From a virus, in IMG/VR virus record IMGVR_UViG_3300010372_000004, positions 1 through 64,000 of that record: a stretch of DNA of 64,000 nucleotides; one strand, 5' to 3'. A program made the translations under genes and the position numbers. Below are positions 26,844 to 35,793 of this stretch, piece after piece. Under the pieces are notes generated by a model, which searched no databases, had not been told where the DNA came from, and saw nothing but the letters and a program-made list of their open reading frames with translations. How positions within the stretch are numbered: the stretch's first letter is position 1; every line of letters starts with the position of its first letter.

Positions 26844-27707
26844 TTACTTTTGAAGTAAATCTAATAAATGTTGAGCGAGTTCAAATCGTTTTTCACCATA
26901 ATCGCCAGTGTATAGTGGCAAAGTATCGTATGAATAATGACCTGCTTTATATATTATTTCTGGGTTTTCCATTTTTACGCTATAACTATCAGCTATTGGA
27001 TATTGAATATTTCCACTAAAATGTTCCCATTTTTTAAAAGCAAAACGTAAAAACTCCTCCACATGATCAATATAGTTAGTACCTATATTGTCTTCTAAAT
27101 TACTGCAAAGTCCTGTTATTTGATCGAGACTATAAGCATTTTCAGAACCAATAACGTCTACCTTTGGGTCTTCTTGAATATACTGTTTATCTTCAATCAA
27201 AGCTTTTAAAAAGTTTTCTAAATCATGCCAATATTTAGCATCATCTTTGAAAAAGATTTTTTTAACTAAATCTTTAAAATCTGTTTTTTCATGCAAAAGA
27301 TTATATAAATCCTCTTTTGACATAAACAATTTCCCATCCTGTGTATAAACTTTTGGAATTACCCATTCAGGTTCAAATTGATAATTCCTAGATGGTTCCA
27401 ATGTTGCAAAAAACTTACTACACCATTTTGGGTTATATGTAATTTCAACATGTGATACTAAACTTCGATCAATGGTTGATTCAGAAGCTTCGTCTATTTT
27501 TAATATTGGGTCATTGCTACACATAAAGGCGTGGACATTTTTCACACCTTCTTCAATAACTCGCTGACGACCTGTTTCACGTGAATAAAACTGCACATTG
27601 GTTAAGATTAAGTTATCGCCACGGTCAATAACTTTCCCATTACTTAGTATAGAAAAATCTCCACGGTGGAGATTTTTATATATTCGATATTTGAATTGGT
27701 TTTTCAT
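26844..27707 (-). CDS. Hypothetical protein, probably two domains
   Basis: N-terminal Y.NLH...FS...GRQRV..E..KNVHAF motif recurrent in phage proteins. Confidence 0.85.
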   Translation of the reverse strand: MKNQFKYRIYKNLHRGDFSILSNGKVIDRGDNLILTNVQFYSRETGRQRVIEEGVKNVHAFMCSNDPILKIDEASESTIDRSLVSHVEITYNPKWCSKFFATLEPSRNYQFEPEWVIPKVYTQDGKLFMSKEDLYNLLHEKTDFKDLVKKIFFKDDAKYWHDLENFLKALIEDKQYIQEDPKVDVIGSENAYSLDQITGLCSNLEDNIGTNYIDHVEEFLRFAFKKWEHFSGNIQYPIADSYSVKMENPEIIYKAGHYSYDTLPLYTGDYGEKRFELAQHLLDLLQK

Positions 27708-27740
27708 TTACTTCTCCGAGAATCGGTTAGCTATTTTAAA

Positions 27741-28058
27741 TTAATCCTCTAAAAAGTTTTCCAGCTCTGGAAAACTTTCTGGTACTCCAAATTGTCTTTG
27801 GACAGCTTTCGTGTTGTTCCAGTCTTTAAACCACTGAGATTCAAATTTTTCATTTGCATCTGTGACTTTATCTAAGTATTTTTGCAATTCTGCAATTATA
27901 CGTTGATTTCTGTTAAAAATAATCCAGCCGTCTTCCAGTTGATCTGAGCTTAAAAAATCATTGTGTCCACAACAAGTACAGACCTCTAAATGAAAATCTA
28001 TAACGTCACAGCGTTTACACAACTTCCTTTTAGCATATTCTGGGTTAGCCACAGTCAA
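27741..28058 (-). CDS. Zn-ribbon protein
   Basis: CKRC...CTCCG. Confidence 0.75.
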   Translation of the reverse strand: MTVANPEYAKRKLCKRCDVIDFHLEVCTCCGHNDFLSSDQLEDGWIIFNRNQRIIAELQKYLDKVTDANEKFESQWFKDWNNTKAVQRQFGVPESFPELENFLED

Positions 28059-28434
28059 TACCTTCCCGAAAATGATGAAAACTTACATAAGGTAAATTTT
28101 TATCTTTGTGAAATTTACGTTCAGCAGCAAGTAAATTCTTTAAGCTCAGTTCAGAATCAACTTCATGCTTCCATTTATCTTTTACATCAACAGTCTGGTA
28201 ATACCATTCGTTGCCATGTTTATAACCAACTTCTACAGTAGCTGGGTCAAAAAATTGAGTGTATTCACTACCGTCTGCAAATTTGGTAATGAGTACAAGT
28301 CTTGGTTGAGATCGGGACTTAGCCCATTCTCTCATTGCTGAATGAATCCTATCAGCGCAATAGTAGCGATAATCGGGGTGTCGCCAGTCTGGTTTTGGTA
28401 GCCATTTTTCATGATACGTTTGCGTCTTCATCAA
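28045..28434 (-). CDS. Hypothetical protein
   Basis: 129-aa ORF. Confidence 0.75.
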   Translation of the reverse strand: MMKTQTYHEKWLPKPDWRHPDYRYYCADRIHSAMREWAKSRSQPRLVLITKFADGSEYTQFFDPATVEVGYKHGNEWYYQTVDVKDKWKHEVDSELSLKNLLAAERKFHKDKNLPYVSFHHFREGIDCG

Positions 28435-28834
28435 ATTTACTCCGAATACTTAACCCATCAATGGTTGGGTTCCAGTCAATGTCTTGGACAGAATTACCTG
28501 ACATTTTACAAACAACTATTTTCCCATTTAAATCTTTATAACCATTGAGGTTTTTGGATTTCCAGATATGTTGAATGGTTAAAATTTGCTGTTTAATATC
28601 ATCGAAAGTAGTATTAATATTGGTTTCATCCCAATAATTTAAAAGACTTTCCAAAGTTGGCATTACCGCCATTCTGGTTTCTGTCACAGTCCCATCTTTC
28701 TGAAATTTCAATTCGGCATAAAGACCTTGGGCTTTAGTATCACAGTCAGTTAAGACACTGATATTTTCAATTGTTGCGATTTCTAAATTCATTATTGGCT
28801 CCAAACTAATCAAAGTCATATTCAAATTCACCAT
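28409..28834 (-). CDS. Hypothetical protein (start uncertain)
   Basis: ORF track; true start may be MNLEI. Confidence 0.7.
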   Translation of the reverse strand: MVNLNMTLISLEPIMNLEIATIENISVLTDCDTKAQGLYAELKFQKDGTVTETRMAVMPTLESLLNYWDETNINTTFDDIKQQILTIQHIWKSKNLNGYKDLNGKIVVCKMSGNSVQDIDWNPTIDGLSIRSKFDEDANVS

Positions 28835-29075
28835 CTGAATTAATGAATTGCATCACAAAACTTTTCAGTTTGCTTTTCATCATTTTATTTTCAGACAGTA
28901 ACTTTTGTGTGCGTTCCTGATAATATTCCATAGCTTTAGTGAACGCTTGATGTTCGGTTTCAGCTCTCATTGCCAAGTTCATGCTTTGAGCATGATCATA
29001 TAACCAATAACCATCTCGGCATTTATGAAGGTTAAAAAATTCATTGCTGAGAATTTTTTCACATTTTTCAGCCAT
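28806..29075 (-). CDS. Hypothetical protein
   Basis: DGYWLYD...MNLAMRA; GGAGG RBS. Confidence 0.8.
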   Translation of the reverse strand: MAEKCEKILSNEFFNLHKCRDGYWLYDHAQSMNLAMRAETEHQAFTKAMEYYQERTQKLLSENKMMKSKLKSFVMQFINSDGEFEYDFD

Positions 29076-29521
29076 TAATCAGTCCCTCCATCAATGCTAA
29101 TGATATTTTCAGCATGGTAGACCCAGTCTGTATCTACCAAACCTCTTTTGTTATACATTCCAGCTGCTTCAACACCTTTAAACTTAATCATGATGTTGTA
29201 TTGTGGATGTTTAAGGTAACGCTCATGAATTGTTGAGAAGCTTTCAACAATCTTAATGTCACCATCCAAAGTCATTATTTCGGACCCAACTTTGATTCGT
29301 TTCAGAACGTCAGCACCTACTTCATATTTGTCACGGAAGTAGTCAATGGCATCTAAATAAGATTTTTCTTCATCATTCCAACCACCGATGTTGAAAATAG
29401 CCCATAAGGTGTTCATGACATTGTTGTAGTCGTCAATAAGGTCGGCATCACCGCATTTTTCGGACACTTTTTGGTGCATGTGGTTGACAAATGATAAAAA
29501 AAGCAGGGTCTCCCTTTTCAT
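29075..29521 (-). CDS. Hypothetical protein
   Basis: 148-aa ORF. Confidence 0.75.
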   Translation of the reverse strand: MKRETLLFLSFVNHMHQKVSEKCGDADLIDDYNNVMNTLWAIFNIGGWNDEEKSYLDAIDYFRDKYEVGADVLKRIKVGSEIMTLDGDIKIVESFSTIHERYLKHPQYNIMIKFKGVEAAGMYNKRGLVDTDWVYHAENIISIDGGTD

Positions 29522-29864
29522 GCTCTAAAATTCTTTGTTCAAAAGTCAAAGGTTTTGCAGTTTCTTGAGGATTTTCTGCAACCCAATTTTCTGGATGAAG
29601 TACATCTTCCAAAGGTTGAGGTGGAATATTCAAAACTGCAAAATAATCAGTCATATCATTGTTATTCAAACCATCTATGAAAGTTTGAGTTGTGTCTGTT
29701 TTGAAATATTCATCGTTTTCATTACTGGCTTCAATCTCAGCCAAAATTTTTGACCAAGGTTCGCCAGAATTTAAACGCTCTTGTAACCACTCTTGATAAT
29801 CATCAATTCGCATATCTTGCTTATGGTTGTGTGCACTGCTGATTGTGATAAACACTTGTTGCAT
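29448..29864 (-). CDS. Hypothetical acidic protein
   Basis: Start moved to MQQVF after GGAG. Confidence 0.75.
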   Translation of the reverse strand: MQQVFITISSAHNHKQDMRIDDYQEWLQERLNSGEPWSKILAEIEASNENDEYFKTDTTQTFIDGLNNNDMTDYFAVLNIPPQPLEDVLHPENWVAENPQETAKPLTFEQRILEHEKGDPAFFIICQPHAPKSVRKMR

Positions 29865-29883
29865 GATTTTCTCCGAATTTCGG

Positions 29884-30264
29884 TTAATTGTTTGAGGGAT
29901 TTTTGACATAACAATTATCAGGGTTGAAACCTAAGCTTTTGTTTTTTCTGATAATTCTACTGCCTTTGACATAGTTTTGTGAGTCACACCACTTGAAGAA
30001 ATTTTCACGTTCTAACCATTCGGTGCAAATGGTGATTCCAATTTCTCCAAATTTATAGAAATCATCGTGAGTTTTGCTCAGACATTTTCTACGCATTGTT
30101 TCATAACTAGCCTTGGCTGGATGATTTGAATAGCTCTTGACACGGCTTAAATCACAGCAAGGTCTGCAAATATAAAAGCCTTTTTTACGACTCTCATATT
30201 CTGCTTGCCTACTGACAGTAAAAACCAGCTGGCAAGATTTACAAGTCAGCTGATACTTTTTCAA
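29884..30264 (-). CDS. HNH-endonuclease-like Zn-binding protein, possibly degenerate
   Basis: M.R.C...Y..G..GI.IC.EW....FF.W ... G.NP.NC scaffold plus N-terminal CxxC pairs. Confidence 0.7.
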   Translation of the reverse strand: MKKYQLTCKSCQLVFTVSRQAEYESRKKGFYICRPCCDLSRVKSYSNHPAKASYETMRRKCLSKTHDDFYKFGEIGITICTEWLERENFFKWCDSQNYVKGSRIIRKNKSLGFNPDNCYVKNPSNN

Positions 30265-30569
30265 TTTCTATACTCCCGAATTAATTTGGAGAATAAACGA
30301 TTTCGCCAATGTCCTGTCGTTGGTCTTTGATCGTTATAAATCACCTGACTTAATTGAATATAAAACTTACGTTTTGAATATCGCTTTCGCCAGCTTTTTA
30401 ATAACATCAAAGTATTATGAACTTCACATTCAAGCTCTCGCTTATATTGACGGTTGGTGTTTGGAATCAATTCATGGATAGAAACTTTGACACCATCGTT
30501 GATTTTATTTGTCAACGATGGGTATTTTTTCTGAGCCAAGAATTGAAGATGTTTTTGAGTTACTTTCAT
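30261..30569 (-). CDS. Hypothetical basic protein
   Basis: 102-aa ORF, AAGGA RBS. Confidence 0.75.
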   Translation of the reverse strand: MKVTQKHLQFLAQKKYPSLTNKINDGVKVSIHELIPNTNRQYKRELECEVHNTLMLLKSWRKRYSKRKFYIQLSQVIYNDQRPTTGHWRNRLFSKLIREYRN

Positions 30570-30605
30570 AATCTTTCCTTAACTCATAAATTGTTATTTA
30601 ATAGT

Positions 30606-30839
30606 TTACCAATTCTCTAATAAATTTAAGAAATTTGGTTTGATTGTATATTTTCGATGGGTTTGATAACTCGCTGCACCATAACGGATAAATTCACAGT
30701 TGGTCATTTCAGAAAACATAATTGAGCTTCTTAAATCTCGCTCAATTAGCATGTTATATAATTTCAACACTGCTTTATTTTCTTCAGTTTCACCCTCTCG
30801 TTCTATTTGAGCTTTGATTGAATCCAAGACTTTGCCCAT
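30606..30839 (-). CDS. Hypothetical protein
   Basis: 77-aa ORF, GAGGT RBS. Confidence 0.75.
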   Translation of the reverse strand: MGKVLDSIKAQIEREGETEENKAVLKLYNMLIERDLRSSIMFSEMTNCEFIRYGAASYQTHRKYTIKPNFLNLLENW

Positions 30840-30856
30840 AGATTTACCTCAAATTT

Positions 30857-31132
30857 TTACAATAAATGCTGTGGAATAAAGGATAATTTACGAGTTTTCT
30901 CAAAGTATTTGAGCCAATTTTCTTTACTCATAAATATACAAGGTGATTCAAAAGTAATACCTGAATTAAGTCGGGTGCACTTATGAAAACCAGACTTATA
31001 CTTGAATCCCATTTTTTGAACTTGACCAATCAATATGTGATGTTGCCGACCTATTAAATACCCAATAGATCGACTGTCGGCATTTTCAAGGTCAGTAACA
31101 CGAAATTGATTGGCATACGTTTTACTGACCAT
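30857..31132 (-). CDS. Rha-like regulatory protein
   Basis: DSRSIGYLIGRQHHIL resembles Rha SSREIA...GKRH; G...PC..M.K. Confidence 0.5.
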   Translation of the reverse strand: MVSKTYANQFRVTDLENADSRSIGYLIGRQHHILIGQVQKMGFKYKSGFHKCTRLNSGITFESPCIFMSKENWLKYFEKTRKLSFIPQHLL

Positions 31133-31140
31133 TCGTTACC

Positions 31141-31431
31141 TCAAAAATAATAGTGATTGGTGATGTGAATACTTTGGACGAATGGACATTGTTTGACTAT
31201 GTCCTTGAAACTGTTGTGGATACAATCGACGTACCCATCTGGATTACAGATTGATACTTGAATAGAAGTTTGAGATGTTTTAATCATCTCGGCTTCAGCA
31301 TAGACTTCGTCAAAGTCCTTGCCATTTTTCTTGAAAATGGCTTTTAGTTTGTCAATTGGATTTCGTGAACTATCCAATTTGTCAAGATTAAGCTCAACAG
31401 CTGCTTCTAGCCATAAAGACATATTGCTCAC
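31141..31431 (-). CDS. Hypothetical protein
   Basis: 96-aa ORF; start may be MSLW. Confidence 0.75.
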   Translation of the reverse strand: MSNMSLWLEAAVELNLDKLDSSRNPIDKLKAIFKKNGKDFDEVYAEAEMIKTSQTSIQVSICNPDGYVDCIHNSFKDIVKQCPFVQSIHITNHYYF

Positions 31432-31434
31432 CTC

Positions 31435-31848
31435 TTACATCCCTTGCTTCCACTGCATACAAGCCATTGCTCGGAAGTATGGAATGGTCACTGGGTCAAG
31501 ACACCAATGTTTGCCATTCATACCAGTTTCATGAATTTTCTTATACAAAAGTATTCCAAACATGCCTTGGTTTTGTCCAAAACACAGGCATGAACGGATT
31601 TGCTGACCTTTTTCGTTCAATTCATAAAACCCATCTTTTTCAATGACGTAATGCTCAATGTTTAATTGTTTGAGTACATCATTAAATTCCTGAACTTCAG
31701 CATCGGTTAAGTTTCTGCCAAGGTTCGGGATAAAACCAAGGTCGAAATAGATGAAACCATTTGTTGTTGGGTCATAAGTGTGGACAGTTCTCAAATATTG
31801 AGTCTTTGCATCTTTTACATGCAGTTGTGTCATGTTTTGATGATTCAT
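31435..31848 (-). CDS. Hypothetical protein
   Basis: 137-aa ORF, AAGGA RBS. Confidence 0.75.
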   Translation of the reverse strand: MNHQNMTQLHVKDAKTQYLRTVHTYDPTTNGFIYFDLGFIPNLGRNLTDAEVQEFNDVLKQLNIEHYVIEKDGFYELNEKGQQIRSCLCFGQNQGMFGILLYKKIHETGMNGKHWCLDPVTIPYFRAMACMQWKQGM

Positions 31849-31862
31849 TGCTTGGTTATCCT

Positions 31863-32138
31863 TTACTTAATTTCGTTGATCAATGTTGGTTGATTACCTG
31901 TTCTAAACAAATGATCGAATAGCGCACTCAAAAATAAAAACAGCAAGGCATCAACAATACAAAAAAGAATTTTCAGCTTTGCAATTTCTAAAGTTATTTT
32001 TGACCAGTTTCTGCCGTCGAAAGCTATTTGAAAAAAGATAATAACCATGATGATGATTGCAATAAATCCAATCCCAAAAAAGAACCAAGAAACGTATTTG
32101 AAAATGATGTTTCTTGAATAGTGAAATGAACTTTTCAT
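31863..32138 (-). CDS. Membrane protein (two TM segments)
   Basis: Two long hydrophobic stretches; GAGGA RBS. Confidence 0.75.
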   Translation of the reverse strand: MKSSFHYSRNIIFKYVSWFFFGIGFIAIIIMVIIFFQIAFDGRNWSKITLEIAKLKILFCIVDALLFLFLSALFDHLFRTGNQPTLINEIK

Positions 32139-32600
32139 GATTTTCCTCTGTTTTTGAATTTACGCTTGTACGCTTGTTAGAGCGATTTTAATTTGCTGAC
32201 GCTACGTTTCCCTATGTGGTGCTTAAAAGTGCGCTAAAAACGCTGTTTTTGGGCATTTTAGAGGGGGTCAGCTTGGGTTGGTGACGCAGATTTTGGTTTT
32301 TCACTCAAAAATTGGGTGTTTTGGTGGGGTGTTTTGTTGGGGTTTTTGAGTGAGTTTTCGGTGACGGTTTTGAGTCAGGTTGAGGTTCAGGTTTTGACTC
32401 GGTTATGACTCGTTTGTGGATTTTGCTACAGACACAGACGGAGTCGGGGTCTGTGGGTGTCGGCTGTGCGAATAGGTTATGGTGATGGTTTTGTCAAGGG
32501 TTTTTACACAAGTTAACGAAAAGGTTCTGTTTTTAACAAAAGATTACGTTAAGGTTGTGGTTGAGGTCTTGACTTGGATTAGGGTTTAGGCAGGGTGGTT

Positions 32601-32642
32601 AAAAAATAATCAAATTACGTGAAACGGAAAGTAATCTGATTA
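32601..32642 (-). terminator. Terminator
   Basis: TAATCAGATTAC/GTAATTTGATTA followed by a U-run on the minus strand. Confidence 0.55.
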
Positions 32643-32664
32643 AAAAATGAACACCTTGAAAAAG

Positions 32665-33080
32665 TCCTTTAAAAACGCAGGGTTAACTCTCTAGGAATTA
32701 CGGAGATGGAGAAAAAGCCCTATTTTGGTGCGAAAAATCGTCAAATGAGACAATTTCTCATTAACAAAAAACCTTTAAAAATCGCATGGTTAACTCTCTA
32801 GGAATTAAACTGACCAAAAGTGCTTTTATATTAACTATATTTATTTACTCTATTTTTTTAAATTTTTTCATTTTTATCACACCCAAATTTTATTTTCTCA
32901 ATTGTAATTCCTAGAGAGTTAACCAATGGATTTTAAAGAGAAAACTGGTAATGAGAAAATTTCTCAATTTGCATAAATTCCGCCACTTTTTCACCAAAAT
33001 GGTCCAATCTGTGACAGAATCTCTCACTGATCAATTTCCTACAGCCCTTTATCCATCACTGGTTAACTCTCTAGGAAATA
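32665..33080. repeat. 20-bp iteron cluster, putative replication origin or packaging site
   Basis: GGTTAACTCTCTAGGAATTA at 32681, 32788, inverted at 32905, 19/20 at 33061; AT-rich core 32810-32900. Confidence 0.7.
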
Positions 33081-33370
33081 AGAAATTCTTGAACTTTTAA
33101 GTAATCTTCTGGCTTAAATCCATTTTTCCACTCAAAATTCCAACCTTGTCCAGTTTTTTCGATCAACAAACCATAAGATTTTACTTGACTTCCACCACGT
33201 ATTCTGTATGCAGTCCCAACTCGGACTCTGTCAAGGTTTTTAACACTGTCATCGAACTTGATGTAAACGGCGTTAAAACCACGTGGAACCCAACAAACTG
33301 TGTCTGGAACAGGGAAAATTGACGCTATTTTTGGCGAATTTAATTTGTTTTTTACGTTTTGAATATCCAT
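33071..33370 (-). CDS. Hypothetical protein
   Basis: 99 aa, AAGGA RBS; stop codon lies inside an iteron copy. Confidence 0.8.
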   Translation of the reverse strand: MDIQNVKNKLNSPKIASIFPVPDTVCWVPRGFNAVYIKFDDSVKNLDRVRVGTAYRIRGGSQVKSYGLLIEKTGQGWNFEWKNGFKPEDYLKVQEFLIS

Positions 33371-33410
33371 TTTGGTATCCTTTATGTGATAACTTTTGTC
33401 ACAGATGCAT

Positions 33411-33444
33411 AAAAAGAAAGGGCTAAGTCATTGATTTAGCCCTT
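33411..33444 (-). terminator. Terminator
   Basis: AAGGGCTAA/TTAGCCCTT followed by a U-run. Confidence 0.7.
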
Positions 33445-33469
33445 GTAAATGATGTGTTTCAGACAATTT

Positions 33470-33916
33470 TTATTTTGTCAAATTTGTAGTAACTTTCACG
33501 TAATCTTGATCAGAAATTGAGCGTTTTAAAGCCTTAAATTGAGCCTTAATCCATGCCAATTGTTCCAGTCGAAGATCAGTTAAAGTTACAGCCGATTGCC
33601 AAGAATAGACCTTATTTTCGAGATACCATTCTTTAGCTTCAGTTAACAATCCAATCTTTTGGTCGATTGATTTAATCCAAAATTTGAAATCTGTAAAGTT
33701 AGAAACTGCTTTTAATACCGAACAATAAGTCACAATATGAGTTAAAACCCAAGCGATTTGGTTCGATTTTTTATGAGCTTCATAATTGAATGGCTGCTTA
33801 TATGCTTCAAAAGCAACACGATTTTGCACAGAAGTATCTGTGATAAAAGTATTTGATAAAACACGGACAGCATCAAAGCGCAGAATTTCAGGGAACTCTA
33901 TATGAATTTCTTTCAT
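33470..33916 (-). CDS. Hypothetical protein
   Basis: 148-aa ORF. Confidence 0.8.
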   Translation of the reverse strand: MKEIHIEFPEILRFDAVRVLSNTFITDTSVQNRVAFEAYKQPFNYEAHKKSNQIAWVLTHIVTYCSVLKAVSNFTDFKFWIKSIDQKIGLLTEAKEWYLENKVYSWQSAVTLTDLRLEQLAWIKAQFKALKRSISDQDYVKVTTNLTK

Positions 33917-34124
33917 GATTTTGACTCACTATATTGATTTCAATTTTGAATTTAACAAAATTTGCCGATTAAGGCAGTTTTTACCACGAATGAACGCCTA
34001 TTACACGGCGCATAAATATAAGCAAAAACAAAGACTTACATCTTTGTTTTTGCTTATATTCAACTATTTAGGCTCAGTCCTAGCCCAAGCTTGGGCTTGG
34101 GCTAGATTTTTGCTTTTGACATTT

Positions 34125-34724
34125 TTACGCAACTTTTTGAAGGTTATCTTGAGAAAGCTCATTTAAGCGACCTTGCAAAACTTGCATCATTAAAAGCACT
34201 TGGCTTTCATCCAAAGTATTTAATGTGCTAGTCAATTCTGACAAGTCGATTTTTTTAGCTTCTACACTTGGCACACTTGTATCATGTGCACCTGTCATGA
34301 AGCTAATCACTTTTAAAAGTTGTTTAGCTTGAGTATGTGCTACATAAGCATTTTTGATTTCTTTTAAAATGCTCATATCTTGAAAAGCTTTGATAGTCAT
34401 AATTTTATCAAGGCTTTCAGCTTGGCTAGTTTTAATAACTTCACCTTTTAAGTGAATATTGATCATAGCTCTAAGCTCATGATATGAATCAGTATTGCAT
34501 ACTTTAGCAAGTGATTTTTCGCTAAGGTTAAAAACATTTTCAAAATGTGACAAAGGCATAGTCTTTGCCCATGTTGGCAACTCGTTGCCTTTCATCATGG
34601 CTTTAGCAATTGTTAGTAAAACGCTAGCATTTTTACCTACATTAACAAGATTAGATAAAACGCTAATTTTTTCGTTTGTCACTGTTGCGTTATATGTAAC
34701 AGCTTGATTTTGCTTGTTTAACAT
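34125..34724 (-). CDS. Hypothetical protein, first gene of the leftward unit
   Basis: 199 aa, TAAGGA RBS, followed by hairpins at 34022-34053 and 34081-34104. Confidence 0.85.
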   Translation of the reverse strand: MLNKQNQAVTYNATVTNEKISVLSNLVNVGKNASVLLTIAKAMMKGNELPTWAKTMPLSHFENVFNLSEKSLAKVCNTDSYHELRAMINIHLKGEVIKTSQAESLDKIMTIKAFQDMSILKEIKNAYVAHTQAKQLLKVISFMTGAHDTSVPSVEAKKIDLSELTSTLNTLDESQVLLMMQVLQGRLNELSQDNLQKVA

Positions 34725-34744
34725 GGCTTTATTCCTTAATAGGT

Positions 34745-35207
34745 TAGGTTAGGACTTAGGCAAGATCAAAAAGCTAGTCGAATTATCGTACTAGCTTAAA
34801 TATAGATAATGTCTAAGTCCTAGTTTTTGGATTAGATTAGATTAGAAAACAGTCATCAATTCAGCTTGTCTATTTCGTTAGACATACGGCAAAATATAGG
34901 TACTATGTGACAAACAGAATTATCACTATGATCTATATTTTTTTTGCATCACTATTTTAAAATCCTATACCTGAATGCAGTTTTAGCCACATATTCAGAT
35001 TTTAAAACACTGTTAAATAGTCGCCGATTAGCCTTGCATAAGTGATTGTTAAAGTCTACTTATGCCCTAATCTGAAAATATGCCTCATCGGTCACATTTC
35101 AAAAGGGTGCAACAGTCCTTGTCATAATCAGAAATTCTGGTTAAGACTGTGTCTTTTATATAGCCTACAAGCTAGGCTTGTGACTATATGAAAGGCAATA
35201 AGACTGT
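34745..35207 (+). other. Large multi-hairpin element folding on the + strand (ncRNA or ssDNA structure)
   Basis: About eight stems whose imperfections are G-T on +; no ORF. Confidence 0.55.
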
Positions 35208-35238
35208 ATATGTTCCCTTGTTTACTTGGTATGAGTGC

Positions 35239-35266
35239 ATTATATCCCATCAAAAACCTGTTACAA
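35239..35266 (-). promoter_or_regulatory. Strong sigma70-like early promoter
   Basis: TTGTAA-16 nt-TATAAT with AT-rich upstream tract. Confidence 0.65.
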
Positions 35267-35406
35267 CATTTATCACAAAATAATTTAAAATATTTTATAA
35301 GTTGTTGATTTATATAGAGTTATTTTTTAAGGGTAGGGAGCTTTTTTACTACACATAAGCTGGGGGAGGGTCACTGTGTCCAGAACCTCGCTATAAAAAA
35401 TTTTAG

Positions 35407-35511
35407 GGTCTAGGTCTGTGACAACATCTGTAACAAGGTCTAGGTCTGTGACAAGGTCAAGGTCAAGGTCAAGCTCTGTAACATAGACCATAAAAGGTCA
35501 AGGTCTGTGAC
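35407..35511. repeat. Short-repeat array (GGTCWA and TCTGTRAC units)
   Basis: GGTCTAGGTCTGTGACAA x2, GGTCAA x3, TCTGTRAC x5. Confidence 0.9.
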
Positions 35512-35583
35512 TATACCTTTACCTACTTCATCAATTAAAATATAATCTTTTTTTCAACAACTAATTGCCAAAAAGGAAATCTC

Positions 35584-35793
35584 ATGATTAAGGTATTGTC
35601 GAAAGGTACTCCACCAGAACAAATCATTTACCAAAGCACGTGTTCAAACTGTAGATCAGAACTAGAATTTAACAAGTCAGACACTCATGCAAGCACAGAT
35701 AGAAATGAAACAGTTTATTCTTTGACTTGTCCTGTATGTAAAAAACTTATGTATCTTTCCTCAGAATTTTTTAGACAAGCAATAAAAAGATAA
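35584..35793 (+). CDS. Small Zn-ribbon protein
   Basis: CSNC...CPVC, AAGGA RBS, TATAAT upstream, terminator 35803-35823. Confidence 0.85.
   Translation: MIKVLSKGTPPEQIIYQSTCSNCRSELEFNKSDTHASTDRNETVYSLTCPVCKKLMYLSSEFFRQAIKR

Noticed and set aside
32469-32497. TTGACA-17-TATTCG promoter on minus
   Set aside because: Perfect -35 but the -10 lacks the conserved final T; not supportable without TSS data.
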